Assembly: GCA_037137395.1 (NCBI GenBank)
Contig: JBAXKK010000001.1
Coordinates: 64,001 to 128,000 of the forward strand
Length of the DNA stretch: 64,000 bases
DNA from: Elusimicrobiota bacterium
GTDB lineage: Bacteria; Elusimicrobiota; Elusimicrobia; Elusimicrobiales; UBA9959
Direction of reading: 5' to 3'
The notes under the pieces: generated by a model
Databases searched by the model: none
What the model was told of the DNA's origin: nothing
Seen by the model: the letters and a program-made list of their open reading frames with translations, nothing else
Shown here: piece after piece, positions 19,048-29,336 of the stretch
How the letters are laid out: each line of letters begins with the position of its first letter
Position numbering within the stretch: the first letter of the stretch is position 1
Made by a program: the position numbers and the translations under genes

Positions 19048-20414
19048 TTTTTCACCGCCGCGTCTATCAGGGCTTTCCTGCCCTTATTCATGATATAGGC
19101 CAGGCCGGCGAACGCGAGCCCCGCCGTTATGAAGGCCACGCCGCTCCTCAGCAGGTTGCCGAAAATATCCACGAACCTCGTGACTATTATAAGGAAGATC
19201 AGCGCCACGCCGGAGTTTATCCGCTTTTCATTCGAGCCGCCTGAGCCGTCCGTGATCAGGGCCAGGCCGGTTAGCAGGAGCAGCAGGTTGGCGCCCACCG
19301 CTATTATTTTAGCGCTGGATTCGCTGGCGTCAAAGAGGAGGAAGACCATGACCATAGAGGCCACCAGTCCCGTTTTAGCGGCGGTTTCACGCCAGGTTTC
19401 CCCGCCGAAGATCTTGAAAGGCAGGCCCACAGTAAGCGTCACGGCCGCGGCGAAGACCAGCCAGACTCCCGCCACCCCCGCCGCGGCGTCGTTGTGATAG
19501 GCGACTTCGTGCGACGAGTAGTGCCAGAAAAAAGTCATGGCGTAGACTGCCGCGATCCAGGCCAGGGCCGGGAGCCTGGAGCCGCCCTCGTCATCCTGGC
19601 TTAAAGTCAGCCAGATCACGGTCAAGGAGATGAGGGCCAGCATTACGAAAACCAGGCTCTTGAGCTGGAGGGTCGTGGGGCTTATGAAAGCGAAGAACAG
19701 CCAGGCAAGCGCCAGGCCGGTGAGGCGGGCCAGCCCTCCAGTTTTGATCTTGTAAAAATACATGGCGAACGCGGTGCCGAGGAGCAAAGGCGGCCAGCAC
19801 CAGTGTAGAAGCGGGGCTTCGGCTGAGCCGCGCGCGTAGGATCCTACCAGGGAGATCATGTTAACAGAGTTGAAGCTGCCGTAATACAGGATAACGAAGG
19901 AAAGGATAGAAGCCAGTACGGCATAGATCCTGCGGGGCGAGAAAATGGCAAGCGGCAGGACCAGGGCCAGCCAGACCAGGTAGGGCTTTACGGGGTCTCC
20001 GCTGAGGTTGAAGATCTGGGCGTAAAGGCCTATGCCTATCACAGGCATGAAGAACCACAGGACTCCGGCGGGCATAGAAACGGCAGGCTTATCCTCGCAG
20101 CGGATGGCGGCTTCCGCTACGGCGGCGAAAACCGCCAGGTAGGCCAGCATCTTGGCGGCCGCGCCGATCTTGTCCCAGTTGGAGGCCACTACCAGCGAGA
20201 TGCCGGTGGATATCATGAGCCCGGCCATGAGGCCTATCCAGTGGGCGGCTTTGAAAGAGGCGAACAGGCGTTTGGAATAGATATTTTCGTAAAGAGCGTC
20301 CGATTGCTGCGGAGTGATGAGTCCGTCGGCGGAGGCCGCGGCCAGATCTGTTTTAAGGCGTTTATAATATGAAGCCATTGCGTGTGCAGGTGCCGTATCT
20401 GGAGCTGCGCTCAA
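19044..20414 (-). CDS. DUF2157-domain membrane protein
   Basis: GLITPQQ, VASNWDKI and LYAQIFNLSG; many TM segments; start uncertain. Confidence 0.82.
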   Translation of the reverse strand: MSAAPDTAPAHAMASYYKRLKTDLAAASADGLITPQQSDALYENIYSKRLFASFKAAHWIGLMAGLMISTGISLVVASNWDKIGAAAKMLAYLAVFAAVAEAAIRCEDKPAVSMPAGVLWFFMPVIGIGLYAQIFNLSGDPVKPYLVWLALVLPLAIFSPRRIYAVLASILSFVILYYGSFNSVNMISLVGSYARGSAEAPLLHWCWPPLLLGTAFAMYFYKIKTGGLARLTGLALAWLFFAFISPTTLQLKSLVFVMLALISLTVIWLTLSQDDEGGSRLPALAWIAAVYAMTFFWHYSSHEVAYHNDAAAGVAGVWLVFAAAVTLTVGLPFKIFGGETWRETAAKTGLVASMVMVFLLFDASESSAKIIAVGANLLLLLTGLALITDGSGGSNEKRINSGVALIFLIIVTRFVDIFGNLLRSGVAFITAGLAFAGLAYIMNKGRKALIDAAVKK

Positions 20415-20513
20415 CGGACGGCCATGTTTCCCCTTATACTATGGATTATATTAATTATTATCAAATATTACTAAAGATTGTGAACACGCCTGATGTTTTA
20501 TAGAATCTAGGCC

Positions 20514-22283
20514 GTGAATATCGATAAAGAACGACTGCGGAAGATGGGGTGGTTCGCGGGGTTTGCCCTGGCTTTATCGGCTTTTTTTTTACCTGTCATC
20601 AATCCTGACATCTTCTGGCACTTTTCAGCCGCCCGCTATATTACTGAACATTTGAGCGTGCCGCGTACCGATTTTCTGGCCTGGACTATGCCGGGCAGGG
20701 AGTGGGTGGATTTTGAATGGCTGAGCCAGCTTATACTGTACGCTCTGTACAAACTTGGCGGGTTCAGGTTGTTGGTGCTGTTTAAAGGCGCGCTGCTGGC
20801 CGCGACTGCGGTTATCTCCTGGCGCACCGCCGCCTTAGGCGGCCGGAACAGAGGGGCCTGGCTTTATATGCCGCTCTTCGCCGCTGGTATAATAACCAAC
20901 AGCGATCTGCGGCCGGAGAACTTCTCGCTGCTCTTTTTCGCTTTACTGCTTTACAGGCTGGAGCGCGAGCGGGTGTGTGGCGCGCCCCGGTTTAATTTTC
21001 GCGACGGGGCCCTGACCGCTCTTTTCTTCTCCGTCTGGACCAACCTGCACGCCGGCTATCTATACGGGCTGGTGCTGCTGGCTATTTACTTCCTGGGAGG
21101 GTTTGCAAGCGCGGCCCTGCCCTTTATACAAGGCCGGGGCGCCGGCCTCCTGCCGGGGCGGTATAGCGCGTATCTGAAATACGCCATCATAGGCCTGGCC
21201 GCCACCCTGGTTAACCCTTACGGCTGGAGGATATACGGCGTCATCCTCAACCATCAGAAATATATCGGACTGCTGCAGGATTATATACAAGAGTGGAATA
21301 CTTTTGACCTGACCAATCTTTACCAGGCGCCCTATATCATAACCCTCGCGGGAGTATTTGGGCTTTTCCTGTGGCGTTTCATCAGGACCAGGGAGATAGT
21401 TTACGAGCACTTCGGGGCGCTTATCTTCTTCGCCTACGCCTCGTCTAATCATTCCAGGCATATCCCGTTCTTTATGATGACCGCGCTGCCGTATTCCGTG
21501 GCGATGCTCAGTCCGGACGCGGTGGAAGGCATGCGTAAATATTCGCTGCGCGCGTTTCAGTCCTTGGCTATGGTTGCGGTAATTCTTTACTACAACGCCC
21601 TGATCTGGCCCCGGTACACCGGCGGCTCCACGATGTTTGAATCATATTCAGAAGGGGTTTCCGATTTTCTTAAAGCCAATAAAGTCCGGCTTTCGGGCCT
21701 GCGGCTCTTCAATTATTGGGGCTGGGGGGGATTTCTGGGCTATAAACTCTATCCTGACTATAAGGTTTTTATAGACGGACGGTATCTTTTTCACGAGAAG
21801 CTTGAGGAGGCTGTTAGCGTGGGATCTTCTCCCGAATTGTGGGGAAAGTTTATTGAAAAATATAAATTTGACCTCGCGGTAATCACTCTCGATAATAATA
21901 AGATCACGGTCAAACGCAAACTGCCCGGCGGTCGCGAGGTCATCTTCTGGCGTCCGGCTTATCTTTTTTACCTCCCTAAAAAAGAGTGGGCCGTAATCTA
22001 CTGGGATTACCGCGCGGCCGTTCTGGTGCGCAGGCAGGCGGTGGACCCGGTCTGGCTCTCGGGTATGGAATACAGGTATTTCAGGCCCGCTGATTCAGTG
22101 AATATCGTCCTGCCGGTACTTGAAGGTGAGATCCGCCTTTCCGAGCTGGATACGGAGATAAGGCGCTATCTTAAAAGCAATACTGTTTACCACGAGCAGA
22201 GCAGCGTAACCGCGGAGGTTCTGAAGTATCAGAACGCCATAAAGAAGCTCTGCAGGGAGAATACCGCAAAATGCCGGCCCTGA
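20514..22283 (+). CDS. Polytopic membrane protein, probable GT-C-fold glycosyltransferase
   Basis: NPDIFWH after TM1, EWLSQ, RPE, WTNLHAG, NPYG and WGWGGFL..VFIDGR. Confidence 0.6.
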   Translation: MNIDKERLRKMGWFAGFALALSAFFLPVINPDIFWHFSAARYITEHLSVPRTDFLAWTMPGREWVDFEWLSQLILYALYKLGGFRLLVLFKGALLAATAVISWRTAALGGRNRGAWLYMPLFAAGIITNSDLRPENFSLLFFALLLYRLERERVCGAPRFNFRDGALTALFFSVWTNLHAGYLYGLVLLAIYFLGGFASAALPFIQGRGAGLLPGRYSAYLKYAIIGLAATLVNPYGWRIYGVILNHQKYIGLLQDYIQEWNTFDLTNLYQAPYIITLAGVFGLFLWRFIRTREIVYEHFGALIFFAYASSNHSRHIPFFMMTALPYSVAMLSPDAVEGMRKYSLRAFQSLAMVAVILYYNALIWPRYTGGSTMFESYSEGVSDFLKANKVRLSGLRLFNYWGWGGFLGYKLYPDYKVFIDGRYLFHEKLEEAVSVGSSPELWGKFIEKYKFDLAVITLDNNKITVKRKLPGGREVIFWRPAYLFYLPKKEWAVIYWDYRAAVLVRRQAVDPVWLSGMEYRYFRPADSVNIVLPVLEGEIRLSELDTEIRRYLKSNTVYHEQSSVTAEVLKYQNAIKKLCRENTAKCRP

Positions 22284-23500
22284 TCACCGAGCTGAAAAAA
22301 CATCCGCTGGCCCTCTTCGCCGATTTCAGGCGGCTGTTCGCCGGCCGCGTCGTTTCGGCCGTGGGGGATAAGTTTTTTTCAATAGCTATAGCCTGGTGGG
22401 TTCTGACGAAAGCGGGTGAAGATTCCAGATTCCAACTTGGTCTTATAATGGCGGTTAATGTCATTCCTGTCATTATTTTCGGACCCTTCCTGGGAACGCT
22501 GGCTGATCGTTCCGACAAGCGGCGCGTTATGCTGGCGGCCGACGCCGCGCGCGCGGCGCTGATGCTGGTCCTGGCCGGATTTTTATGGGCGGACCGGCTT
22601 ACGCTCGGCTGGCTTTACGCTCTTTGTTTTTTAATTTCGGCTTTCGGGCCGCTTTTTGAGTCCGCGGTGGCCGCGTCTATCGCGCGCCTCACCTCTCCTG
22701 AGAAGCTGCCGGCTGCGGTGGCGGCGGATTCCTCTGTGATGCAGCTGTCAAACGTCGTGGGTTCGGCTTTGGGCAGCATCCTGATGGCCGCGGCCGGCGT
22801 GGCCGGGGCTTTCTTTTTTAACGCCGCTTCTTATCTGGTTTCTTTCGGGGCGGTGTGGATGGTTAAAACTCCGCTGACGCCTGAGCCGCGCGGCGGAGCG
22901 ACCTTCGCGGATGAATTCCGCGGGGGGCTGGCGTATATCTTCGGCAATAAGCCGGTCAGGGCGCTTATACTTGCCTTTGCCGCTTTTAATTTTTTTGTGG
23001 GGCCGATCCTTATTCTGATACCTATGATAGTCAGATTCACGCTTAACGAGTCGGTAACCTGGCTTGCGGTGTTCGAGACTTTTTTCGCTCTGGGTTCGGC
23101 CGCCCTGGCTGTCGGTCTGAGTTTTAAAAAGGAGTATGGAAATATTTACGGGTGGTTCTTCGCTTCGCTGCTGATGGTGGGGTTTTCTTTCGGAGGACTT
23201 TATTTCACCGTTAATAAAACTCTTATCTGCGCGCTGCTTTTCGCCGCCGGAGCGGCGCTGGGGGCGGGCAACGCGGTCGCGCTGACGCTGTTCCAGTCTA
23301 CTGTGCCAGAAAAAATGAAGGGGCGCTTCTTCGCGGTGCTAACCACGCTGGCCTACGCAGTCCTGCCTTTGACCTTTATGCTTAACGGCGCGCTGGCGGA
23401 AAAATTCTCCATCGGGTTCTCGATAGCGCTCAACGCCTCGGCGGTTCTGGCGCTTTCCTTCGCAGTTCTGCTGCTTCCCAGAATAGAGTATAAAAGTTGA
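22271..23500 (+). CDS. MFS transporter (DHA3/MefA-like)
   Basis: About 12 TM segments; GTLADRSDKRRVM motif A; VPEKMKGRFF. Confidence 0.9.
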   Translation: MPALITELKKHPLALFADFRRLFAGRVVSAVGDKFFSIAIAWWVLTKAGEDSRFQLGLIMAVNVIPVIIFGPFLGTLADRSDKRRVMLAADAARAALMLVLAGFLWADRLTLGWLYALCFLISAFGPLFESAVAASIARLTSPEKLPAAVAADSSVMQLSNVVGSALGSILMAAAGVAGAFFFNAASYLVSFGAVWMVKTPLTPEPRGGATFADEFRGGLAYIFGNKPVRALILAFAAFNFFVGPILILIPMIVRFTLNESVTWLAVFETFFALGSAALAVGLSFKKEYGNIYGWFFASLLMVGFSFGGLYFTVNKTLICALLFAAGAALGAGNAVALTLFQSTVPEKMKGRFFAVLTTLAYAVLPLTFMLNGALAEKFSIGFSIALNASAVLALSFAVLLLPRIEYKS

Positions 23501-23511
23501 GGATTAAGGAA

Positions 23512-24411
23512 CTACCACGAGGATGTTGAAATTGAAATAGCCTCAAAACCATTTAATATCTCCTGGCGCCACTTTTCCCCCCAGCCGTCGATAGATGACA
23601 ATACTTTCCCGTTTCTCATGAAGTAAAAGTATGGGGAAATGGTGAAATTAAATTCCGGGAGCCTGCTTGCCTTATAGGCGATATATATATTGCGAAAATT
23701 AAACTGCTCGCGCCATCTTAAAACTCCCATAACATCGAACTTAACCGTTAATAATACTCCATTCTTCTTAAATACGGGGGCCAATTCGGGGTCGGCCAAA
23801 ATTGCTTTCATCGCGCGCTCGGCTATGGGGCAACCCGCAGATATTGAAACAATTACTTTTGGCCCGGCTTCAAGATGGAGCTCTTTAAGTTCGATTTTTT
23901 TCCCCTCTTCAAAAACATCATAAACGGGCCACCTGGCCGTCGCGGTTTCCGTATCGATGGCTATCACTTCGGGGACAGCGGGGTAATTCGCTGCGGGGAA
24001 CCGCTCACGAATCTCCGCAGCCCTGTCAAACATTCTTGTGTTGATGTAAGCCCAGTGCATATCCGAAATGTTGTGATCGGTGAAGTCGTTTCGCCGCGCC
24101 TTTTCATTAAAAGTGTTTTGTTCCCATTCGATATAGTTCTGGTTTTCAGGGAAGTAAAAAGTAAGACTTTCGGAGACATTGTACAGTAGATTAAGCGTTT
24201 TAAGAGAATACTTCTTAAGCCGCTTTTCCGAAAAATATTCTCCCTGTAAATTTCCGGGCAAAAAGCCTGCCTTTCTTGTCCCAAAGCCCCGCTGCGACAC
24301 TTCTTTATAGACTTCATCGGCAATTTTAACCGTCCTGATTTCCGATCGGGAACACCCGACCAGCGTTGCGGCGCAAAAAATATGAAAGCAGAAAAATAAT
24401 TTATTTTTCAT
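23512..24411 (-). CDS. Hypothetical lipoprotein with a possible thioredoxin-like C-terminal domain
   Basis: Lipobox LVGC; SAGCPIA; SPYFYFMRNGKV...GW. Confidence 0.6.
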   Translation of the reverse strand: MKNKLFFCFHIFCAATLVGCSRSEIRTVKIADEVYKEVSQRGFGTRKAGFLPGNLQGEYFSEKRLKKYSLKTLNLLYNVSESLTFYFPENQNYIEWEQNTFNEKARRNDFTDHNISDMHWAYINTRMFDRAAEIRERFPAANYPAVPEVIAIDTETATARWPVYDVFEEGKKIELKELHLEAGPKVIVSISAGCPIAERAMKAILADPELAPVFKKNGVLLTVKFDVMGVLRWREQFNFRNIYIAYKASRLPEFNFTISPYFYFMRNGKVLSSIDGWGEKWRQEILNGFEAISISTSSW

Positions 24412-24416
24412 TGATT

Positions 24417-25169
24417 CTATACCGGGTTCGGGATGTCTATGAATTCCGTCTTTACATTGAATTTAGAGCGCGCAAGTTTTTCGAGCGCCCGGACGCCGGG
24501 CTTTTCGGTGTTGTAATGGCCGGCCGAGATAAAATTGGCGCCGTGCTCCCGCGCCGTTTCCTGCACGAATTCGGAAACCTCTCCGGTGATATAAAGATCC
24601 AGTCCGGCCGCTATGGCCTGGTCGAACATCCGCTGCCCGCCGCCGCTGATGACGCCGACCGTTTTTATCTTCTTTGTCCCGAAATTGAAAGAGAGTATAT
24701 CTGCTGAAAGCTCGTTCTGGAGAATTTTTATCACCTCCGCTACGGTTTTGGGCCGGCGGAACGAGCCTTTGAAACCGATGGTTTCTCCGTCATAAGTCCC
24801 GAAAGGCCGCGGATTTACGGCCTCTAAAAAATTAAGGATCCGGGCGTTGTTGCCCGCGGTCCGGTGTTTATCCAGCGGCAGATGCCAGGCGGCCAGCGTC
24901 ATGCCGCTATCCAGCAGGGTTTCCAATTTTTTCTTGAAAGGGCCCCTCACAGGCTCCGAGCGGCCCCAGAGCAGGCCGTGATGCACGATCGCCATGTCGG
25001 CGCCGGACGCGGCCGCGCGTTTTAAAAACTCAAGCGAAGCGGAAACGCCGAACGCGATTTTTTTCACTTCAGCCTTCCCTTCCACCTGCAGCCCGTTCTG
25101 GGACGCGTCCTTTATGTTCCCGGAGTCCAGATAGTTGTTTATAAATTCTATTATCTTATCTCTTTGCAT
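24417..25169 (-). CDS. Nif3-like dinuclear metal-centre hexameric protein
   Basis: NGLQVEG, VHHGLLW, HLPLD and AGHYNTE. Confidence 0.93.
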   Translation of the reverse strand: MQRDKIIEFINNYLDSGNIKDASQNGLQVEGKAEVKKIAFGVSASLEFLKRAAASGADMAIVHHGLLWGRSEPVRGPFKKKLETLLDSGMTLAAWHLPLDKHRTAGNNARILNFLEAVNPRPFGTYDGETIGFKGSFRRPKTVAEVIKILQNELSADILSFNFGTKKIKTVGVISGGGQRMFDQAIAAGLDLYITGEVSEFVQETAREHGANFISAGHYNTEKPGVRALEKLARSKFNVKTEFIDIPNPV

Positions 25170-25239
25170 TTGAATATTCCTTAATGGTTACGAGATTCAA
25201 ATTCGCGGATATGCCGCCCTGTCTGCAGGATCGCCGCTT

Positions 25240-26925
25240 CTATTTTTTTCCGGGCCGGACGGCGTAATAATAACCGTTGGAGAAGTCTTCCGCCAGGAAG
25301 TCCGATATTGAGAAAGTTTTATTGTCGGGCGTGTGCAGCATAAACGCGCAGTAGCTCCACAGCATCGGATTGCCACGGAGCGCTGTCCTTGGCACGCGCA
25401 CGATGAAAGCTCCGTTTTCAAAGTTGGTCTTCAGGGCCGCCGTTTCCTGCGGGCCCTTGGCTGTGGCGGTGTAGAGCGTCGCTGTTTTGGGGGACGCTTC
25501 TAACGCGTATTCCCAGGCGTTGTCGGGGAATATCCTGCCGGCGCGGCCGTTCAGGAGCCTGGTCGAGCCGGCTCTTGGACGGTTGTTGATGTCTATGTAC
25601 AGGTCAAAGCGGGTTTCGGATAAGGCTGCGTTCGCGGCCGGCCCCGCGGCTTCCAGCGGCGCGAAAGAAAAAAATATGTCGCTGTCCGTCCATGAGACAT
25701 CCAGCCGCGCCAGCTTCCAGAGTTTATAAGGGCCCGTTCCTTTAGCGGCAGCCGGCGCTCCGTCAGGTGGCAGGGGTTGTCGGATCGTGTTGTTGAGCGT
25801 GAAAGAGGAGGAACTTTTTTTTACGATTATCTTATCGGCGCCTTCCGCTTCCTCTTTCATGTCGGATAAAGTGGAGAAAAGCCAGCCCGGCGGAGCCTTT
25901 TCCATCAGCCGGTAAGCGTTGACCAGGGCGCCCTGTATTTCTATTTCCGTTTCTTTAGCTGTTTCCTGGTCAGGGTCGGCAAGTTTAAGCAGCTTTGGCC
26001 CGGATTCCACTGAGAAGTATTCCGCGAAAGCGGCTTTGGCGGCTTTATAATCACCCTGCTTGGTGTTGAGGTAAGCCATGAGTTCGGCACGGGTCCTGGC
26101 GAAAGCTGTCAGCGTGCCAGCCTGAGTCGGCAATCCGGCCCATGGCGTATAATCTCCGCTCCAGGGAACTGTGAGCTGAGCGGCCTGGGCCGCCGGCATA
26201 GAGGTGGAGACGGCGCTGGCAAGCGCCTCGGACACAGTCAGGTATGGCTGAGCCGTCCCGTCCGAAAGGAACTTGAGTAAAGCGGCCCTTGAATCCGCCC
26301 CGGAGAGGCCCAGCGTTTCGTCAAAGATTAAAAATTGCGGGGCTTCGGACCGCGCTGCCTCGGCCGGGGCAAAGGAAAAGGGGATAAGCGTGACGCCTTC
26401 GGCGTTTATGACGCTAAACGGCGCGGTGGAGACAAGCGGTCCGGCCGCCAGCCACTTAAACCCCAGCGCTTTAGCCAGTGGGATATATTCCGGAGTTATT
26501 CCGCCCGGCGCGCAGGCGAAACTTATAGGCGGCCGCTTGAAGTTTTTAGCGTAAGAGTCGCGGGCGTCGCTCATTCTGAGAGCGATGAAAAAAGGGTCGC
26601 CGGTAAAAGCGGCGCTGGAGGGTTTATTCTGCCAGATCACCGTGTCGTGAACGGCATAGTAGAAAAGCGGGATAAGGGGATCTCCGGCTGGCCTTGCCGC
26701 CAGTTCCAGGCGTCCTTTGGATTCAAGGTCCTTTATTCTTTCCGCCAGCGGGGCGGGAAGCTCGCCGAGGGCAGCGGTTAATTTAAGATCTTTGTCATCC
26801 TCAAGGCGCGCAATCACGTCGTCTATCGGCGCATGCTCGCGCGGGATCCAGAGCGGCGCCGTGCCGGCGCGCAGCGGGCTCGCGGACAGAATCAAAAGCA
26901 GATTTAATATTAGTATCCGGGGCAT
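25240..26925 (-). CDS. Exported protein with a degenerate GH57-like region and a glucodextranase C-terminal/DOMON-like domain
   Basis: GRLELAARPAGDPLIPL resembles GH57 'GxIE...PxxHPxxPL'; GFKW; WSGDYTPWAG; DLYIDINN..AG...NAWEYAL. Confidence 0.6.
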   Translation of the reverse strand: MPRILILNLLLILSASPLRAGTAPLWIPREHAPIDDVIARLEDDKDLKLTAALGELPAPLAERIKDLESKGRLELAARPAGDPLIPLFYYAVHDTVIWQNKPSSAAFTGDPFFIALRMSDARDSYAKNFKRPPISFACAPGGITPEYIPLAKALGFKWLAAGPLVSTAPFSVINAEGVTLIPFSFAPAEAARSEAPQFLIFDETLGLSGADSRAALLKFLSDGTAQPYLTVSEALASAVSTSMPAAQAAQLTVPWSGDYTPWAGLPTQAGTLTAFARTRAELMAYLNTKQGDYKAAKAAFAEYFSVESGPKLLKLADPDQETAKETEIEIQGALVNAYRLMEKAPPGWLFSTLSDMKEEAEGADKIIVKKSSSSFTLNNTIRQPLPPDGAPAAAKGTGPYKLWKLARLDVSWTDSDIFFSFAPLEAAGPAANAALSETRFDLYIDINNRPRAGSTRLLNGRAGRIFPDNAWEYALEASPKTATLYTATAKGPQETAALKTNFENGAFIVRVPRTALRGNPMLWSYCAFMLHTPDNKTFSISDFLAEDFSNGYYYAVRPGKK

Positions 26926-26961
26926 ATTATTTCAGGATGGATGGTATGTCCAAGCGTAACT

Positions 26962-27429
26962 CTATTTAACAAGAACGACCGAAACTTTTTTGTCGCCGAG
27001 CATGGCCGTGTCGGGGTTGAGCGGGTCCAGCATCAGCTGGCCGTCTATGTTGTAAAGATATTGATATGTTCCGGGTGGCAGGGGTACAATGGTTCCCCAG
27101 ATATTGGTGTCGCGTTTTATAAGCCCGAGTGAGTCCACGCTCCACTTGTTGAAATCCCCGGCCAGCCTGACCGTTTTGGCGTTAGCTATTTTGACCGTGA
27201 ATTTTACGAAGCGCAATTCCGGCTGGGGATTGTCCGCTCTCTGCGCCGAAGTCCGGGGGTGCATCGGCGGAAGCTGGGCGTTTCGCGATGGCCGAACGGC
27301 GGCCACGTTCCAGTTTCCCATAAAGTTGATGTATCTTGAAAGCGCTGTGTGGAATAGTACGCTGGGAACGCTGACAAAGATCAGCGCCGCGAGCGCGATA
27401 GCCGTCAGAACGGATTTTTTTTCCATCAT
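26962..27429 (-). CDS. Membrane-anchored CBM48/AMPK-type glycogen-binding domain protein
   Basis: AKTVRLAGDFNKW and LPPGTYQYLYNIDG...DPLNP; N-terminal TM. Confidence 0.85.
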   Translation of the reverse strand: MMEKKSVLTAIALAALIFVSVPSVLFHTALSRYINFMGNWNVAAVRPSRNAQLPPMHPRTSAQRADNPQPELRFVKFTVKIANAKTVRLAGDFNKWSVDSLGLIKRDTNIWGTIVPLPPGTYQYLYNIDGQLMLDPLNPDTAMLGDKKVSVVLVK

Positions 27430-27431
27430 GT

Positions 27432-28076
27432 TTATATTTCCAGCCTCGCCCGTATCCTGGTTTTAACGCCAAGTTCTTTGGCCAGGGCTTCAAATTTTAC
27501 AATGTCCACGCCGGCGCCGTCTATGGCGGTCACAACCGTTTCCGGTATGACCCTGGCGGCGCCGCGCACGAATTCAAGCACGCTGTTAAAAGCTTTTTGC
27601 TCATATTCCGGTTTAGGCCGCATCAGGGCCAGCCATTGGAGCGGGTCCGGAGTATTGAGGCTTACGTGCACCGCGTCCACCAGACCTTTAAGCCGGGGGA
27701 CGATATCTGTCCCGTTCACGAGTCCGCCCAGACCGTTGGTGTTCAGGCGCACGCGCAAACCCGCCGGTACAGGAGCCAGAGCGCCGGTTTTTACGGCTTT
27801 GGCTATGGCGATCAGCGTATCCAGCCGCATGGTCGGTTCACCATAACCGCAGAAAACGAGTTCATCAAAAGGCGTCAGTGTCCATTCCGTTTTTATCAGC
27901 GATGTAACGGTTTTGGCGTCCGGTTCTGCGCCGCCCAGGTCCAGATTGCTACCCCGGTAGGCCATCTTCCATTTGCTCTTTATGCAGAAGACGCAAGCGG
28001 TCGGGCAGCAGTTTGTAAGGTTAACATAAAGTCCCGTTTTATAGCGATAAACTATTTCTGGTTTTGGAAATTCCAT
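27432..28076 (-). CDS. TatD-family-associated radical SAM protein
   Basis: LYVNLTN, CxxxCxxC (CPTACVFC), VFCGYGEPT and RLNTNG; likely start ATG 28076. Confidence 0.85.
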   Translation of the reverse strand: MEFPKPEIVYRYKTGLYVNLTNCCPTACVFCIKSKWKMAYRGSNLDLGGAEPDAKTVTSLIKTEWTLTPFDELVFCGYGEPTMRLDTLIAIAKAVKTGALAPVPAGLRVRLNTNGLGGLVNGTDIVPRLKGLVDAVHVSLNTPDPLQWLALMRPKPEYEQKAFNSVLEFVRGAARVIPETVVTAIDGAGVDIVKFEALAKELGVKTRIRARLEI

Positions 28077-28184
28077 GTTTTTCTTACTTCGTAAAGCGGA
28101 GAAAAGTAAAACATTCAAGTCTGCTGTTCACTTTTTACTAACCGCTATTCGCTACGCGGCCTCTCATTATTCTATCATTTAGAA

Positions 28185-29336
28185 ATGCGGATTTTAATAG
28201 CGCCTAACGCGTTTAAGGGGACTTTAGGGCCTTTGGCGGCGGCGCGGGCGATGGCGCGCGCTGTCAGGGCGGTTGTGCCGGGCGCGGAGATTGACTTGTT
28301 TCCTGTATCGGACGGAGGGGACGGGCTGTTGGAAGCTTTCATGTTCCACGGACACGGCAGTTACAGGGCGCTTACTGTCCCGGGACCGGTGTTTAAACCT
28401 GTGCGCGCCAGGTGGGTTATGGCCGGGGACAACGCGGTCATAGAGATGGCGCAGGCTTCAGGGCTCAAATATTTGTCCAAAAGCAGGCTTACTCCCCTCG
28501 ATGCCGCCACATTTGGCGTTGGCCGCCTGATCCGGGCCGCCGCGCGCTCCGGCGCCCGGTCGGTGCTGGTCGGTTTAGGTGGCAGCGCCTCCAGCGACGG
28601 AGGAGCGGGCTGCGCCGAAGGTTTTGGTTACAGGCTTCTGGACAAGGCAGGCGCTCCTGTGCCGCCCGGAGCCAGGGGACTTCTAAAGCTTGAAAGGATA
28701 GTTCCGCCTCTTTTTTTAAAATCAAACAGGCGGGAGCGGACTGGAATAAAGATCACTGCTTTAACGGATGTTGATAATCCGCTTACGGGACCGCGCGGTT
28801 CGGCTATTGTTTACGGCCCACAGAAAGGCGCGGGCCCGGCCGAGGTTGCCGTCATGGAGAGAGCGCTGATCCATTACGCCCGCGTAATTAAAAGGGAACT
28901 TGGGGTTGATGTAAGAAATATGAAAGGCGGCGCGGCGGCCGGGGGGCTTGGAGCGGGGCTTCACGCTTTTTTCGGGGCGGAACTGGTCCGCGGCGCCGCT
29001 TTCGTGCTTGAACGGTTGGGTTTTGAGGCCGCATTAAAAAGGTCCGATTTCATTATTACGGGGGAAGGACGGTTCGACCAGCAAAGTTTCTACGGCAAGG
29101 CGCCGGTAGCGGTCGCGCGGCTGGCCATGCGCCATAAAAAACCGACGCTTCTGGTATGCGGTTCCTGCGGTCTTAAAGACAGGCGCCGGTTCGCGGCGAA
29201 CGGTATAAGCGGGGTCATAGCCCTGGATGAAGTCCTTCCTCTCGCTGAGCTTCTTGAGACGCCGGCCAAGGCGCTGACTAAGGGGCTGATGCTCTCAAGT
29301 GAAACGCTTTCCAGTTTCCTCGAATCGCGCCGATGA
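28185..29336 (+). CDS. glxK: Glycerate kinase
   Basis: IAPNAFKGTL, SDGGDG, GGSASSDGG, YGPQKGA and TGEGRFDQQS..GK. Confidence 0.92.
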   Translation: MRILIAPNAFKGTLGPLAAARAMARAVRAVVPGAEIDLFPVSDGGDGLLEAFMFHGHGSYRALTVPGPVFKPVRARWVMAGDNAVIEMAQASGLKYLSKSRLTPLDAATFGVGRLIRAAARSGARSVLVGLGGSASSDGGAGCAEGFGYRLLDKAGAPVPPGARGLLKLERIVPPLFLKSNRRERTGIKITALTDVDNPLTGPRGSAIVYGPQKGAGPAEVAVMERALIHYARVIKRELGVDVRNMKGGAAAGGLGAGLHAFFGAELVRGAAFVLERLGFEAALKRSDFIITGEGRFDQQSFYGKAPVAVARLAMRHKKPTLLVCGSCGLKDRRRFAANGISGVIALDEVLPLAELLETPAKALTKGLMLSSETLSSFLESRR

